From assembly GCA_022566355.1 (NCBI GenBank), contig JADFJB010000004.1:15668-79667 (forward strand): 64,000 nucleotides of DNA, in the 5' to 3' direction. Source of the DNA: Candidatus Zhuqueibacterota bacterium. Lineage in GTDB: Bacteria > Zhuqueibacterota > JdFR-76 > DREG01. Below the pieces are notes generated by a model, which worked only from the letters and a program-made list of their open reading frames with translations, was not told the DNA's origin and made no database searches. The translations under genes and the position numbers were made by a program. Positions 36,526 through 45,010 of the stretch are shown here, one piece after another (the stretch's first letter is position 1; the number at the start of each line of letters is the position of its first letter).

Positions 36526-37983
36526 ATGAAGAAGTACTATTCAATCTTACAAATATTAACATTTGTCTTATTAACTACAGTGAAATTATTTGGGCAAAAT
36601 TATATCGAGCAAATATCTACTAAGAATGTCGATAATGGCATTCAAATAAATTTAGCAACACATGCCTCGGTTTCTCATGAAATATTAAATTTTGACTCCC
36701 GGTCAACTACACTTGTCAAGATTTTTCCACTCACCATTCAGCAAGATAATAAAGATGCTCTATTGGCTTCATTAAGTGGATTAGGTATCGATATCCAAGC
36801 TTTAGAACTCGGTAATAATACTGTACTGCTGGCTTTTAAAAATGTCCTTTCGAATAGATTATCCATAAAAACAAATGAGAGTAAAGATAAACTAAGGATC
36901 CACATTTTAGACAATCAGAAAATATCTAAATCAGTCGGGAAATCAAATTCACAATTATCTCAAGAATATTATCAAAAAGCAATGCAGCTTTTTGAAAGCG
37001 GGGAATATTCTGAGGCTTTAACTAAAGTACGTTCTGCCATAAAATTAAACCCTGGGTTTGCGGAAGCCTATTTTCTAGGTGGACAACTCCGTTATAAATT
37101 GAAAGATTGGGTAAAAGCCAAATATAATTTTAAAAAAGCAGCTATTTTAAAGGGCGAGTATAGCGAAGCCAATAAATATCTGAATAAAATTAATTCGATA
37201 GAAAATGATTCTTTGACAGCACTGTCGAATATCAAAAACAATAGTGACAATGAAAGTGATATTAGCAGAAATAACAAAAGTAGTACCAATAGGTATAATG
37301 AAAGCAATATCACCAGTACGAGCGATAGTTTATCACAACCGGATTCAACCGTTCTTGCTACAAGTGTAGTAGAAGTGCCGGAGGATCCCCGGGTTACAAT
37401 AACTGACACAAACTCCGGTTTAAGCCCGGTGTCTGATTCTCCTGAAACTAATCCTTATGCACCTTTAGCAGCACGGGCTTTCAATGCGAATTTCAATAAC
37501 TATCTACAACTTGGCTTTTTTCTCCTAATCATAAGCTTTCTATTGGGGTGGATATTGTATCTCAAAAAAAGTCGAAAATTGCTTCAATTGAAGAGTAAAA
37601 AACTGAATAAAAATCACTTTACAGAGGTTCTCAGTAAGATCCAGGAAAATATACAGGAAAAGAAGAAACCGAAAAAATCATTTCGAAAAGTACAAAATAA
37701 GCAACCGGGAGAAAATCGGAGTATGGAGAGCTTTAATGAGGATATAAATTCACAACGATCTTTTAAAGATGAATTCAATGAAAGACCTTTAAATCCGTTA
37801 CCTTATGAAGGAGATCCAACGGAAAAGGTTTGCCAGTTTTCTTCGGTGGGGTATAGTGTTGAAGAAATTGCTCGTATGCTAAACATGGGAAAAGGTGAAG
37901 TAAAGCTAATCTTAAATTTTCGGGGACGTCATAGTCCTATGACTCCGCCCGATATGAGATTTAATCTTGCTGAAACCGTTTAA
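36526..37983 (+). CDS. Signal-peptide/TPR protein with S/N-rich linker, one TM segment and an HTH-like C-terminus
   Basis: N-terminal signal-like MKKYYSILQILTFVLLTTVKLFG. TPR-like EYYQKAMQLFESGEYSEALTKVRSAIKLNPGFAEAYF. TM segment LQLGFFLLIISFLLGWILYL. C-terminal YSVEEIARMLNMGKGEVKLIL. Confidence 0.55.
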   Translation: MKKYYSILQILTFVLLTTVKLFGQNYIEQISTKNVDNGIQINLATHASVSHEILNFDSRSTTLVKIFPLTIQQDNKDALLASLSGLGIDIQALELGNNTVLLAFKNVLSNRLSIKTNESKDKLRIHILDNQKISKSVGKSNSQLSQEYYQKAMQLFESGEYSEALTKVRSAIKLNPGFAEAYFLGGQLRYKLKDWVKAKYNFKKAAILKGEYSEANKYLNKINSIENDSLTALSNIKNNSDNESDISRNNKSSTNRYNESNITSTSDSLSQPDSTVLATSVVEVPEDPRVTITDTNSGLSPVSDSPETNPYAPLAARAFNANFNNYLQLGFFLLIISFLLGWILYLKKSRKLLQLKSKKLNKNHFTEVLSKIQENIQEKKKPKKSFRKVQNKQPGENRSMESFNEDINSQRSFKDEFNERPLNPLPYEGDPTEKVCQFSSVGYSVEEIARMLNMGKGEVKLILNFRGRHSPMTPPDMRFNLAETV

Positions 37984-38002
37984 TGCTAAATTTTAGAACA
38001 TC

Positions 38003-38686
38003 ATGAATGGAATTGGTTTAAAAAATTTACGAAACTTTTTTGTTAAGTCGGTTTTACCGGATGTTTTTACCCAGAAATTCCAAGAAGGTGAATTAATTAA
38101 AGGGAAAATCATCCAGGCAATGTCTAAAAACGATTTCTTTATTTTAAATACAAAAGGAATAAATTTGGTTGCCCAATCTAAAATTGCACTGTTCGCCGGA
38201 GATAAAATTGTCGGTAAAGTACTTAAAAACAAATCTCAAATAGAACTGAAATTAGTTGAAGTTAATGGTAACAAAATCCATCAGAATATGACTATTTCAA
38301 GTGAAGAAATTAATTATGCGCAGCTGCCTTTGCCGGAATCCTATTTTGGTAAGAAATCATTTTTAGAAATATATCCGGATAAAGAAAATGGCAAGCGCAA
38401 TGGCGGTAATCCAGCCCGTGACTCAGTTTACTTAATCATTAACAGTTCACTATTGAACCATTTGGCAATAGATTTGAAATATGAAAATGAAAATCTGGCT
38501 GGAAAAATTTGGGTTGAACAACCAAAGTTGCGAGATTTTTTATCACAAAGAGTACCCGAGCTTGAAGAGTATTTAACCGATGAAAATATTAAATCAGTAG
38601 AATTGAAAATTCTTGACATGCAAAGAGAAATTGGTTCATTTAGAAAACAATGGATTGGTTTAGCAAATTTGGATATTCGGGCATAA
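38003..38686 (+). CDS. FliK C-terminal (Flg_hook/T3S4)-like domain protein
   Basis: The C-terminal VYLIINSSLLNHLAIDLKYENENLAGKIWVEQPKLRDFLSQRVPELEEYLTDENIKSVELKILD aligns by eye, position for position, with the FliK C-terminal domain of this window (ISVLLKPEFLGMAKIVVESSEKEVKAILYIERPEVRNVLERQIIQIHKSLQDQNIRVDKIEVMD). Confidence 0.6.
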   Translation: MNGIGLKNLRNFFVKSVLPDVFTQKFQEGELIKGKIIQAMSKNDFFILNTKGINLVAQSKIALFAGDKIVGKVLKNKSQIELKLVEVNGNKIHQNMTISSEEINYAQLPLPESYFGKKSFLEIYPDKENGKRNGGNPARDSVYLIINSSLLNHLAIDLKYENENLAGKIWVEQPKLRDFLSQRVPELEEYLTDENIKSVELKILDMQREIGSFRKQWIGLANLDIRA

Positions 38687-38710
38687 CTTTTTATGAAATT
38701 GAGATTAATA

Positions 38711-39076
38711 ATGTCTAAGAAAATAGTATTATTTGTAGATGATGAAATTGAGATTCTCGAAATTATAGAGGATGTCTTTAAGGACAGCCCCTTCAATGTT
38801 ATCTGTGCCGAATCAGGAAAAACCGCTTTGGATTATTCAAAGAAGCATAAAATCAATTTAATCGTTTGTGATCTAATACTAAATGATATATCAGGTTTAG
38901 AGGTGTTAACCCATTTTAAAGAAAATCATCCAAATACGTATCGAATCCTTACGACGGGATACTTGGATGAAAAGCAAGAGAATTATTGCAGAGAAATCGG
39001 TGTTTTCCAAAAAATTATACCAAAACCTTGGGATATCTATGAAATTCGGGATCAAATAACAAAGGCAGTCGCTTGA
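38711..39076 (+). CDS. CheY-like single-domain response regulator
   Basis: Receiver motifs VLFVDDEIEILE, DLILNDISGLEV, LTTGY, IPKPW. Internal ATG 38711 of ORF 38693..39076 was chosen. Confidence 0.85.
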   Translation: MSKKIVLFVDDEIEILEIIEDVFKDSPFNVICAESGKTALDYSKKHKINLIVCDLILNDISGLEVLTHFKENHPNTYRILTTGYLDEKQENYCREIGVFQKIIPKPWDIYEIRDQITKAVA

Positions 39077-39351
39077 CATCAAAAAGGAATAAAGCCGTAG
39101 TTCTTAAATATGAACCTAAACTGCACCAGGCTCCTCAAATTGTCGGCAAGGGAGTTGGTTGCGTTGCAGACAAAATTCTTGATTTGGCTGAAGCAAATGA
39201 TGTCCCTATTTTGGAAGACAATAATCTGATGCAATCTTTATATCCATTGATGGTAGGAGAAATGATACCAGAGATACTTTATCAACCTGTTGCTAAGATT
39301 CTTTCATTCATCATGAATTATCATCAGAATGAAGGATCGCAGGTTAGTTAG
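39073..39351 (+). CDS. FlhB C-terminal domain-like protein (YlqH-type EscU/YscU/FlhB paralog without the membrane domain)
   Basis: KAVVLKYEPKLHQAPQIVGKGVGCVADKILDLAEANDVPILEDNNLMQSLY parallels the FlhB segment AVALKY..APIVIAKGARKMAHKIKEIAKEHGVPIVENPKLAKTIY. It begins after the NPTH position. TTG start overlaps the upstream stop. Confidence 0.8.
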   Translation: MTSKRNKAVVLKYEPKLHQAPQIVGKGVGCVADKILDLAEANDVPILEDNNLMQSLYPLMVGEMIPEILYQPVAKILSFIMNYHQNEGSQVS

Positions 39352-39487
39352 CATTGAATGTAAGCAGAGTTTCCTGTGTTAGGATTCATTGAATAATAGA
39401 ATTGGATTAACTCATTCAAAAAAAAAGGAAGATTAATCATGTTGGGAAAAATTGAAATTCATTCATTAAAGAAGGGAGACCTGAAAA

Positions 39488-39979
39488 ATGTATACTGAAC
39501 AATATGAAGATACCGCTGTTTTAGATATAGAACAGCTAGAGTTGGATTTCTTACAAAAGAAAACCGAACCGGGTATTCGAGAGATAATTGATGAATTAAA
39601 GAAAGAAATCGGGTATAACTGGGTGTCTTATTTCAGAAAAGATCCGGTTTCCGGAGTTTTGCAGGAAGTGGAGCTTGATGAAAGGGGATTTAATCTGATC
39701 GAAACCGTAACTTTCCGAAGTGGGAGTGGCTTATCAGCCTGGGTGGCCGAGCGCCAACGGCCGGTAGTCCTGAGCTCGGTGCATAAAAGCCAAAGATTTG
39801 AGAGTAATCCGATTAAATCGTTTATGTGTTGCCCGGTAATAAGAGATGGGAACACGGTGGGCGTGATTAACTTGGGTCATGCAAAAACCAATGCGTACAA
39901 GAAGGAAACTCTAAAAATGCTGAATCATATTCTTAACGTCCAAAATATAGAAGCCCTATGTCAAAACGAATACTCGTGA
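39488..39979 (+). CDS. GAF-like domain protein
   Basis: 163 aa. The pattern SGSGLSAWVAERQRPVVLSSV...SFMCCPVIRDGNTVGVINLGH is typical of the C-terminal half of a GAF domain. Confidence 0.55.
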   Translation: MYTEQYEDTAVLDIEQLELDFLQKKTEPGIREIIDELKKEIGYNWVSYFRKDPVSGVLQEVELDERGFNLIETVTFRSGSGLSAWVAERQRPVVLSSVHKSQRFESNPIKSFMCCPVIRDGNTVGVINLGHAKTNAYKKETLKMLNHILNVQNIEALCQNEYS

Positions 39980-41022
39980 TAGAAGATGATGAAAACCTTC
40001 AACTGATTGCTCGTCATATTTTAACCAATGCAGGATTCGATGTGATTTCTGCAATGACAGGAGAAGAAGGATTAGAGAAATTACTCAGTAAAAAGCCGGA
40101 TTTAGTAATTCTTGATAATATGATGCCCCGTAAAAGTGGCGAGCAAGTTTTCGATGAAGTAATGGACGATCCAAAGTATCGATCTGTCGGCAAAATTCCA
40201 TTTATAATGCTGACTGCTAAAGAGATGAAAAGAGAAAAAATTAGGGATTTTTTGGAAAGAGGGATGGCTGCCTTTTTATCGAAACCGTTTGGTCCAAAAG
40301 AACTATTGAATGTTATTCAGAATATTCTCACAACTCATGAGATCCAAGTTAAAGAACAGCACCTGTTTAAAGTGATCAGCAAAGCAAAAGATTTTTTAAA
40401 AAATCTTGTGAATACCATCCCCGATGCTCTATTCATCGTTGATAAAGACGGCAAAATTAATTTTTACAATGGCGGACATGTAGAAGTATTGCAATATCAA
40501 ATATCCGACCTGGTTGGTCAAACATTTGATTCAATCACTAGTAAAGATTCTCCGTCGCTTTCAGAATTGATTAAATTATTGGATGACAAAGATAAATTGT
40601 GTAATGTTTCACTTAATTTAAAAGATCAAAACAATAATTTAGTGCCATTTAGTTTCTCATTGGCAAAACTTTACAATCAACAGGATGAAATGATAGGCAT
40701 TATTTTTATAGGTTCTGATATTTCTGAAATTAAAAGGCTTGAAAGAGAACTTGTCGAAAAAGAAAAATTGGCAATATTTTCTGAGACTGCCATAGCTATT
40801 AATCATGAAATCAATAACCCGTTAGCTCCAATTATTGGCAATGTACAACTACTTTTGGAAGATAAAATGCTGGAAGGTTCGGCACAAAAGAAATTGAAAG
40901 TCATATTTCGAAATGCAGTTAGGATCAAGGAAATCACACAAAAACTAAGGGATATTAGGCAACCCGTCCAAACCTCTTACCTTGGAGATACAAAAATGGT
41001 AGATTTGAGTGATTCGAATTAA
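39958..41022 (+). CDS. Response regulator with PAS and HisKA (DHp) domains but no ATPase domain
   Basis: REC (ILVIEDDENL, DNMMPRKSGEQV, LTAKE, SKPF), PAS-like (IPDALFIVDKDGKINFYN...) and H box AINHEINNPLAPIIGNVQLL. The protein ends about 60 aa later, with no N/G boxes. Confidence 0.8.
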   Translation: MSKRILVIEDDENLQLIARHILTNAGFDVISAMTGEEGLEKLLSKKPDLVILDNMMPRKSGEQVFDEVMDDPKYRSVGKIPFIMLTAKEMKREKIRDFLERGMAAFLSKPFGPKELLNVIQNILTTHEIQVKEQHLFKVISKAKDFLKNLVNTIPDALFIVDKDGKINFYNGGHVEVLQYQISDLVGQTFDSITSKDSPSLSELIKLLDDKDKLCNVSLNLKDQNNNLVPFSFSLAKLYNQQDEMIGIIFIGSDISEIKRLERELVEKEKLAIFSETAIAINHEINNPLAPIIGNVQLLLEDKMLEGSAQKKLKVIFRNAVRIKEITQKLRDIRQPVQTSYLGDTKMVDLSDSN

Positions 41023-41246
41023 CCTATTTAGTCTCTAAATAATCTCACATTAACGCTCTTTTATGCAAAAAAGAAAACAAGTTTTTTTAAGAAAAAATTA
41101 ATCTTGATATTGAATATTGAATTAATAATTTTATGATTTGAGAATAAACAGATTTTATGTTTAGTGCGATATTTGGATAATAACAACTGATTCTTTATTT
41201 TGGTTTTTGGGATCTCACATAAACAATAACTTAAAGGAAGATAGCC

Positions 41247-41705
41247 TTGATTGATGGAGTTCAAGTAAAAAAGTTAGTTACATATTGCGATGAGAGAGGT
41301 TTTTTTCGGGAAATCATTCGCGTTACCGATGATTTTTTTGGAGAAGGTTTTGGGCAATGGAGCGTTTCCAAAATGTACAATGGTGTAATCAAAGCCTGGC
41401 ACATTCATCCAAACCAGGTGGACTGGTGGTACGTTCATTCGGGAGTTCTCAAAGTAGTTTTATATGACAAACGAGAAAACTCTTCAACGCACAAAGAACT
41501 AGTAGAGTTGTTTATGGGTGATAACCAACAAGCCCAGGTACTGAGAATCCCACATGGCGTTGCTCATGGATGTAAATGCATAAGTGGTCCGGCAACCCTG
41601 TTTTACATTACATCGAAAACTTATGATCCGGAAGAAGAAGGTCGCATACTTTATGATGATCCTGACATTGGTTACGATTGGTTAAAAGGTTCAGAGATTA
41701 CCTGA
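41247..41705 (+). CDS. dTDP-4-dehydrorhamnose 3,5-epimerase-like cupin (RmlC family)
   Basis: DERGFFREI...SKMYNGVIKAWHIH...DWWYV..GVLKVVLYD.R..S.T...L....IPHGVAHG...FYITSKTYDPEEEGRILYDDPDIGYDW matches the RmlC pattern. TTG start. Confidence 0.8.
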   Translation: MIDGVQVKKLVTYCDERGFFREIIRVTDDFFGEGFGQWSVSKMYNGVIKAWHIHPNQVDWWYVHSGVLKVVLYDKRENSSTHKELVELFMGDNQQAQVLRIPHGVAHGCKCISGPATLFYITSKTYDPEEEGRILYDDPDIGYDWLKGSEIT

Positions 41706-42022
41706 ACCGAAATTTGACAATCAGACGTAAATTCTTCTTTAGTACTTCAATCATTATTCTGAATGGGGCAGTTTTGTGAATAATAAAAACAAACTTAATC
41801 GACTTTACCCCTTCTAAAACTTACCTGTTAAGGCTGGTTTCCCTTAAAATCATAGCGGAAAAACAATCCTGCTAAACTACAACAACATGGAAGAAGTTGC
41901 CGGTTTGTGTAATCTGCAATACTAGGTTAAAACTAGCTATGTTCACGGATTCTCCAGTATAAATTAATAAATAACAATTAGTTATGGGATCACAAAGTTT
42001 TTAAGGAAAATGATTGAAAAGA

Positions 42023-42037
42023 TGGCACGTTGATTGC
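42023..42037 (+). promoter_or_regulatory. Sigma-54 promoter candidate upstream of flgF
   Basis: TGGCACgttgaTTGC is a full match to TGGCAC-N5-TTGC. The C of TTGC lies 41 nt upstream of the flgF ATG, within a 372-bp intergenic gap. Confidence 0.7.
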
Positions 42038-42077
42038 GAAAAGATTTATGAATTGAACCATTAATAGGAAAAAATCT

Positions 42078-42806
42078 ATGATCAAAGGAATATATACAAG
42101 TGCTGTTGGAATGCAATCAAGAATGTTGGAAGAAGAAATTTCTGCGAACAACCTTGCGAACCTGAATACCACCGGATTCAAAAAAGATACTGTTCATTTT
42201 AAAAAACTGCTTGATGGAAATATGGTTCAACTAAATTTTGATGGCAGTCAAGGCAGTTTAGCTGAATCACAAAATGTTCAGACTAATTTTGCCCAGGGAG
42301 AGTTAAAGGAAACAGGCAATTCACTCGATGTTGCACTTGACGGAACCGGATTTTTTACAGTTTTAACCGAAGATGGTGAAGCCTATACCAGGAATGGATA
42401 TTTTCAATTGGATGAAGATGGACAATTGATGACAGCTAATGGATATAAGGTAATGGGGACAGCAGGCCCGATTCAATTATTTCCCGGTCAGGTTGAAATT
42501 AGAGGGAATGGTGAGATTTACCAGAATAATGCTCTTGTAGATAAATTGAAAATTGTAGATTTCCAAAAGCCTTATTCATTGCTAAAATTGGGAGAGTCGT
42601 TGTTCCAGGAGACTGATAATTCCGAAATGGTGGATGTGGGGAATACGATGTTTCGTCAAGGATATTTGGAAGAATCAAATGTAAATCCGATTTATGAAAT
42701 GGTGAAATTGATTACAATTGCAAAGGCATTTCAGGCTGGTCAGAAAGCTATTCAGGCTCAAAACAACACCCTGGAAAAAGCTGTCAATTCAGTTGGAAGA
42801 TTTTAA
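42078..42806 (+). CDS. flgF: Flagellar proximal rod protein FlgF
   Basis: 242 aa. N-terminal MIKGIYTSAVGMQSRMLEEEISANNLANLNTTGFKKD and C-terminal GYLEESNVNPIYEMVKLITIAKAFQAGQKAI. Precedes flgG. Confidence 0.85.
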   Translation: MIKGIYTSAVGMQSRMLEEEISANNLANLNTTGFKKDTVHFKKLLDGNMVQLNFDGSQGSLAESQNVQTNFAQGELKETGNSLDVALDGTGFFTVLTEDGEAYTRNGYFQLDEDGQLMTANGYKVMGTAGPIQLFPGQVEIRGNGEIYQNNALVDKLKIVDFQKPYSLLKLGESLFQETDNSEMVDVGNTMFRQGYLEESNVNPIYEMVKLITIAKAFQAGQKAIQAQNNTLEKAVNSVGRF

Positions 42807-42827
42807 GATGAAAAAAGGAGTTTGTTT

Positions 42828-43616
42828 ATGATAAGGGCACTTCGTTCAGCAGCAACCGGTATGTATGCACAAGAACTTTACGTTGATGTGATCGCAAATA
42901 ATTTATCCAATGTGAATACGACAGGGTTTAAGAGAAGTAAAATAGAATTTCAAGATTTATTATACAGCAAAATTCAAAGTGTCGGGGCTGAAAATGATCT
43001 AACCAATGCCACAAATGTGGCAATCCAAATTGGTCATGGCACCAGGCCAATGTCAATTGTTAAGCAATTCACTCAAGGAGATATTCAAACCACAGAAAAT
43101 CCTCTGGATTTTGCAATAAACGGTGACGGCTTTTTCCAAATTCAGCTAGCTGATGGCACTTTAGCCTTTACCCGTGACGGGGCTTTCAAACTGTCTGCAG
43201 ACGGGCAATTTGTAACAGCTGATGGTCTCATTTTAGAGCCGAGCATATCACTCCCCCAGGATACGAAATCATTTTATGTAGGTCCGGATGGGGTAATCAG
43301 TGTAACTCTTTCAGGACAAACTGACCCGGAATCTATCGGGCAATTAGAGTTAGCAAGATTTATTAATCCTGCAGGTTTGGAAAGTCTTGGGAGAAATTTA
43401 TTCATCCCGACCGTTGCTTCGGGAGAAGCTCAATTCGGAGCACCGGAAGATGAGGGTTTTGGCCGCATTCTCCAGGGTTTTTTAGAAGTTTCCAATGTAA
43501 ATGTAGTGGAAGAAATGATTAACCTCATCATCGCTCAAAGAGCATACGAAATTAACTCGAAAGCGATTAAAACCGCAGATGAAATGCTCTCAACCGCTAA
43601 TGGATTACATAGATAA
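42828..43616 (+). CDS. flgG: Flagellar distal rod protein FlgG
   Basis: MIRALRSAATGMYAQELYVDVIANNLSNVNTTGFKRS...GFLEVSNVNVVEEMINLIIAQRAYEINSKAIKTADEML. 262 aa. AAGGAG upstream. Confidence 0.96.
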   Translation: MIRALRSAATGMYAQELYVDVIANNLSNVNTTGFKRSKIEFQDLLYSKIQSVGAENDLTNATNVAIQIGHGTRPMSIVKQFTQGDIQTTENPLDFAINGDGFFQIQLADGTLAFTRDGAFKLSADGQFVTADGLILEPSISLPQDTKSFYVGPDGVISVTLSGQTDPESIGQLELARFINPAGLESLGRNLFIPTVASGEAQFGAPEDEGFGRILQGFLEVSNVNVVEEMINLIIAQRAYEINSKAIKTADEMLSTANGLHR

Positions 43617-43617
43617 T

Positions 43618-44385
43618 GTGAGGCAAACCGTGAAGCGAACACCTATTACATCTATTATTTTAATGAGCTTTGTATTCTCAAACCCCCTTTTCGGGCAATC
43701 TCAATTATTGTCTTATAGCAACGTAGATAAAAGTAGAGATGTGACTGTTGACCTTTCCACTGAAATAATTAAGGATAAAATAAAACTCAATTTATTGAAT
43801 AATTTCCATGAGTTTCATGATGAGGTTATACTGCAGTTTGATGAAATACCGAGTCCCATTCAAGTTAATCCTTCCAACTGGGATGTAAAAATATCGAAAA
43901 GATATGGTAAGGTAAAAAGGGGAGCAAACTCGATAGAAGTGGCTGTTTTTTCAAATAAATCCTTGATTAAGAAATTTCTGACTACAGTTCGTTTTAAGAC
44001 TTTTGATAATATGGTAGTTGCAAAATCACAGTTGAATAAATTAAATAGGATTTCAGGGGACCAAGTTTTAATTCAACGAATAGAGTCCACTACTATTAAG
44101 AGAATGTTTTTTAGGAATTTAGAAGATGTCTTCAATTTACAAACAAAAAGGATTGTCCAAAAGGGTAAACCAATTTTTTTTGATATGGTTGAGCTGCCTT
44201 TTTTGGTAACAAGGGGTGATATTCTTAAAATTGTGGTAAAGTTGAAGAATCTTAAAGTTTCTGCAACTGGGAAAGCTCTGCAGGGTGGTCGTATAGGAGA
44301 CATGATCAAAGTTGAGAATTTATCTACACGTAAAAAATTGGTAGGTACAATTCAGAATAGAAAAACTGTTCTTATAGAACTCTAA
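43618..44385 (+). CDS. flgA: P-ring assembly chaperone FlgA
   Basis: Signal-like N-terminus. C-terminal SAF-type region VTRGDILKIVVKLKNLKVSATGKALQGGRIGDMIKVENLSTRKKLVGTI. Lies between flgG and flgH. Start is GTG 43618 or 43630. Confidence 0.75.
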   Translation: MRQTVKRTPITSIILMSFVFSNPLFGQSQLLSYSNVDKSRDVTVDLSTEIIKDKIKLNLLNNFHEFHDEVILQFDEIPSPIQVNPSNWDVKISKRYGKVKRGANSIEVAVFSNKSLIKKFLTTVRFKTFDNMVVAKSQLNKLNRISGDQVLIQRIESTTIKRMFFRNLEDVFNLQTKRIVQKGKPIFFDMVELPFLVTRGDILKIVVKLKNLKVSATGKALQGGRIGDMIKVENLSTRKKLVGTIQNRKTVLIEL

Positions 44386-44403
44386 TTGGAGAAAACAAAC
44401 GTT

Positions 44404-44979
44404 ATGCGAAAACTTTTATTTGGAATATTGATGTTGATAATGTGCGGAATCAATATGGCTCATGGGCAAAGTTCAAAACGGCCTAATTCTCTTTTTAGTG
44501 ACTTCAAAGCCCATAGTATAGGCGATATCATAACGATTTACATCATGGAAATATCAAGTGGCAGTAATAGTATGTCAAACAGTACAAAAAGTGAGAATAA
44601 TTTGGGTATCAGCGCAGGCGGGACCGGATCTCTTGGTTTTTTGTCACCATTGGGTTTTAGTTCTAGATATGGCAATGAATATAAAGGTAAAGGCAGTATT
44701 AGTCAAAATGGCCAATTACGCGGAAAACTAAGCGCCATGATTGTAGAGGTTGCACGCAATGGCGCATTAAAGATCAAGGGTGCCAGAGAGGTTGAAATAA
44801 ATGGCGACCGGCAAACTACCATTTTAACCGGTTGGGTACGGCCGGAAGACGTTTCGAGTGACAACGTTGTTATGTCACATCATATTGCAAATGCGGAAAT
44901 TCGTTATAAAGGCAAGGGTGTTGCAAGTTCGGCAACGAAAAGAGGATTAATCTCAAAAATAATCGATTTTATCTTTTAA
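44404..44979 (+). CDS. flgH: Flagellar L-ring protein FlgH
   Basis: Signal/lipobox-like LIMCG. Conserved LFSDFKAHSIGDIITIYIME and GDRQTTILTGWVRPEDVSSDNVVMSHHIANAEIRYKGKG. Confidence 0.9.
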   Translation: MRKLLFGILMLIMCGINMAHGQSSKRPNSLFSDFKAHSIGDIITIYIMEISSGSNSMSNSTKSENNLGISAGGTGSLGFLSPLGFSSRYGNEYKGKGSISQNGQLRGKLSAMIVEVARNGALKIKGAREVEINGDRQTTILTGWVRPEDVSSDNVVMSHHIANAEIRYKGKGVASSATKRGLISKIIDFIF

Positions 44980-45010
44980 CTGTTCATTTAATTTATGGAT
45001 TAGTGACTCA

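Noticed and set aside
41061-41264. 67-aa minus-strand ORF in the AT-rich gap upstream of the RmlC-like gene
   Set aside because: The translation is a low-complexity K/N/I/F string from AT-rich spacer. It overlaps the RmlC-like start and has no RBS.
41990-42181. 63-aa minus-strand ORF over the flgF promoter and start
   Set aside because: It overlaps the sigma-54 promoter candidate and the well-supported flgF N-terminus on the opposite strand.
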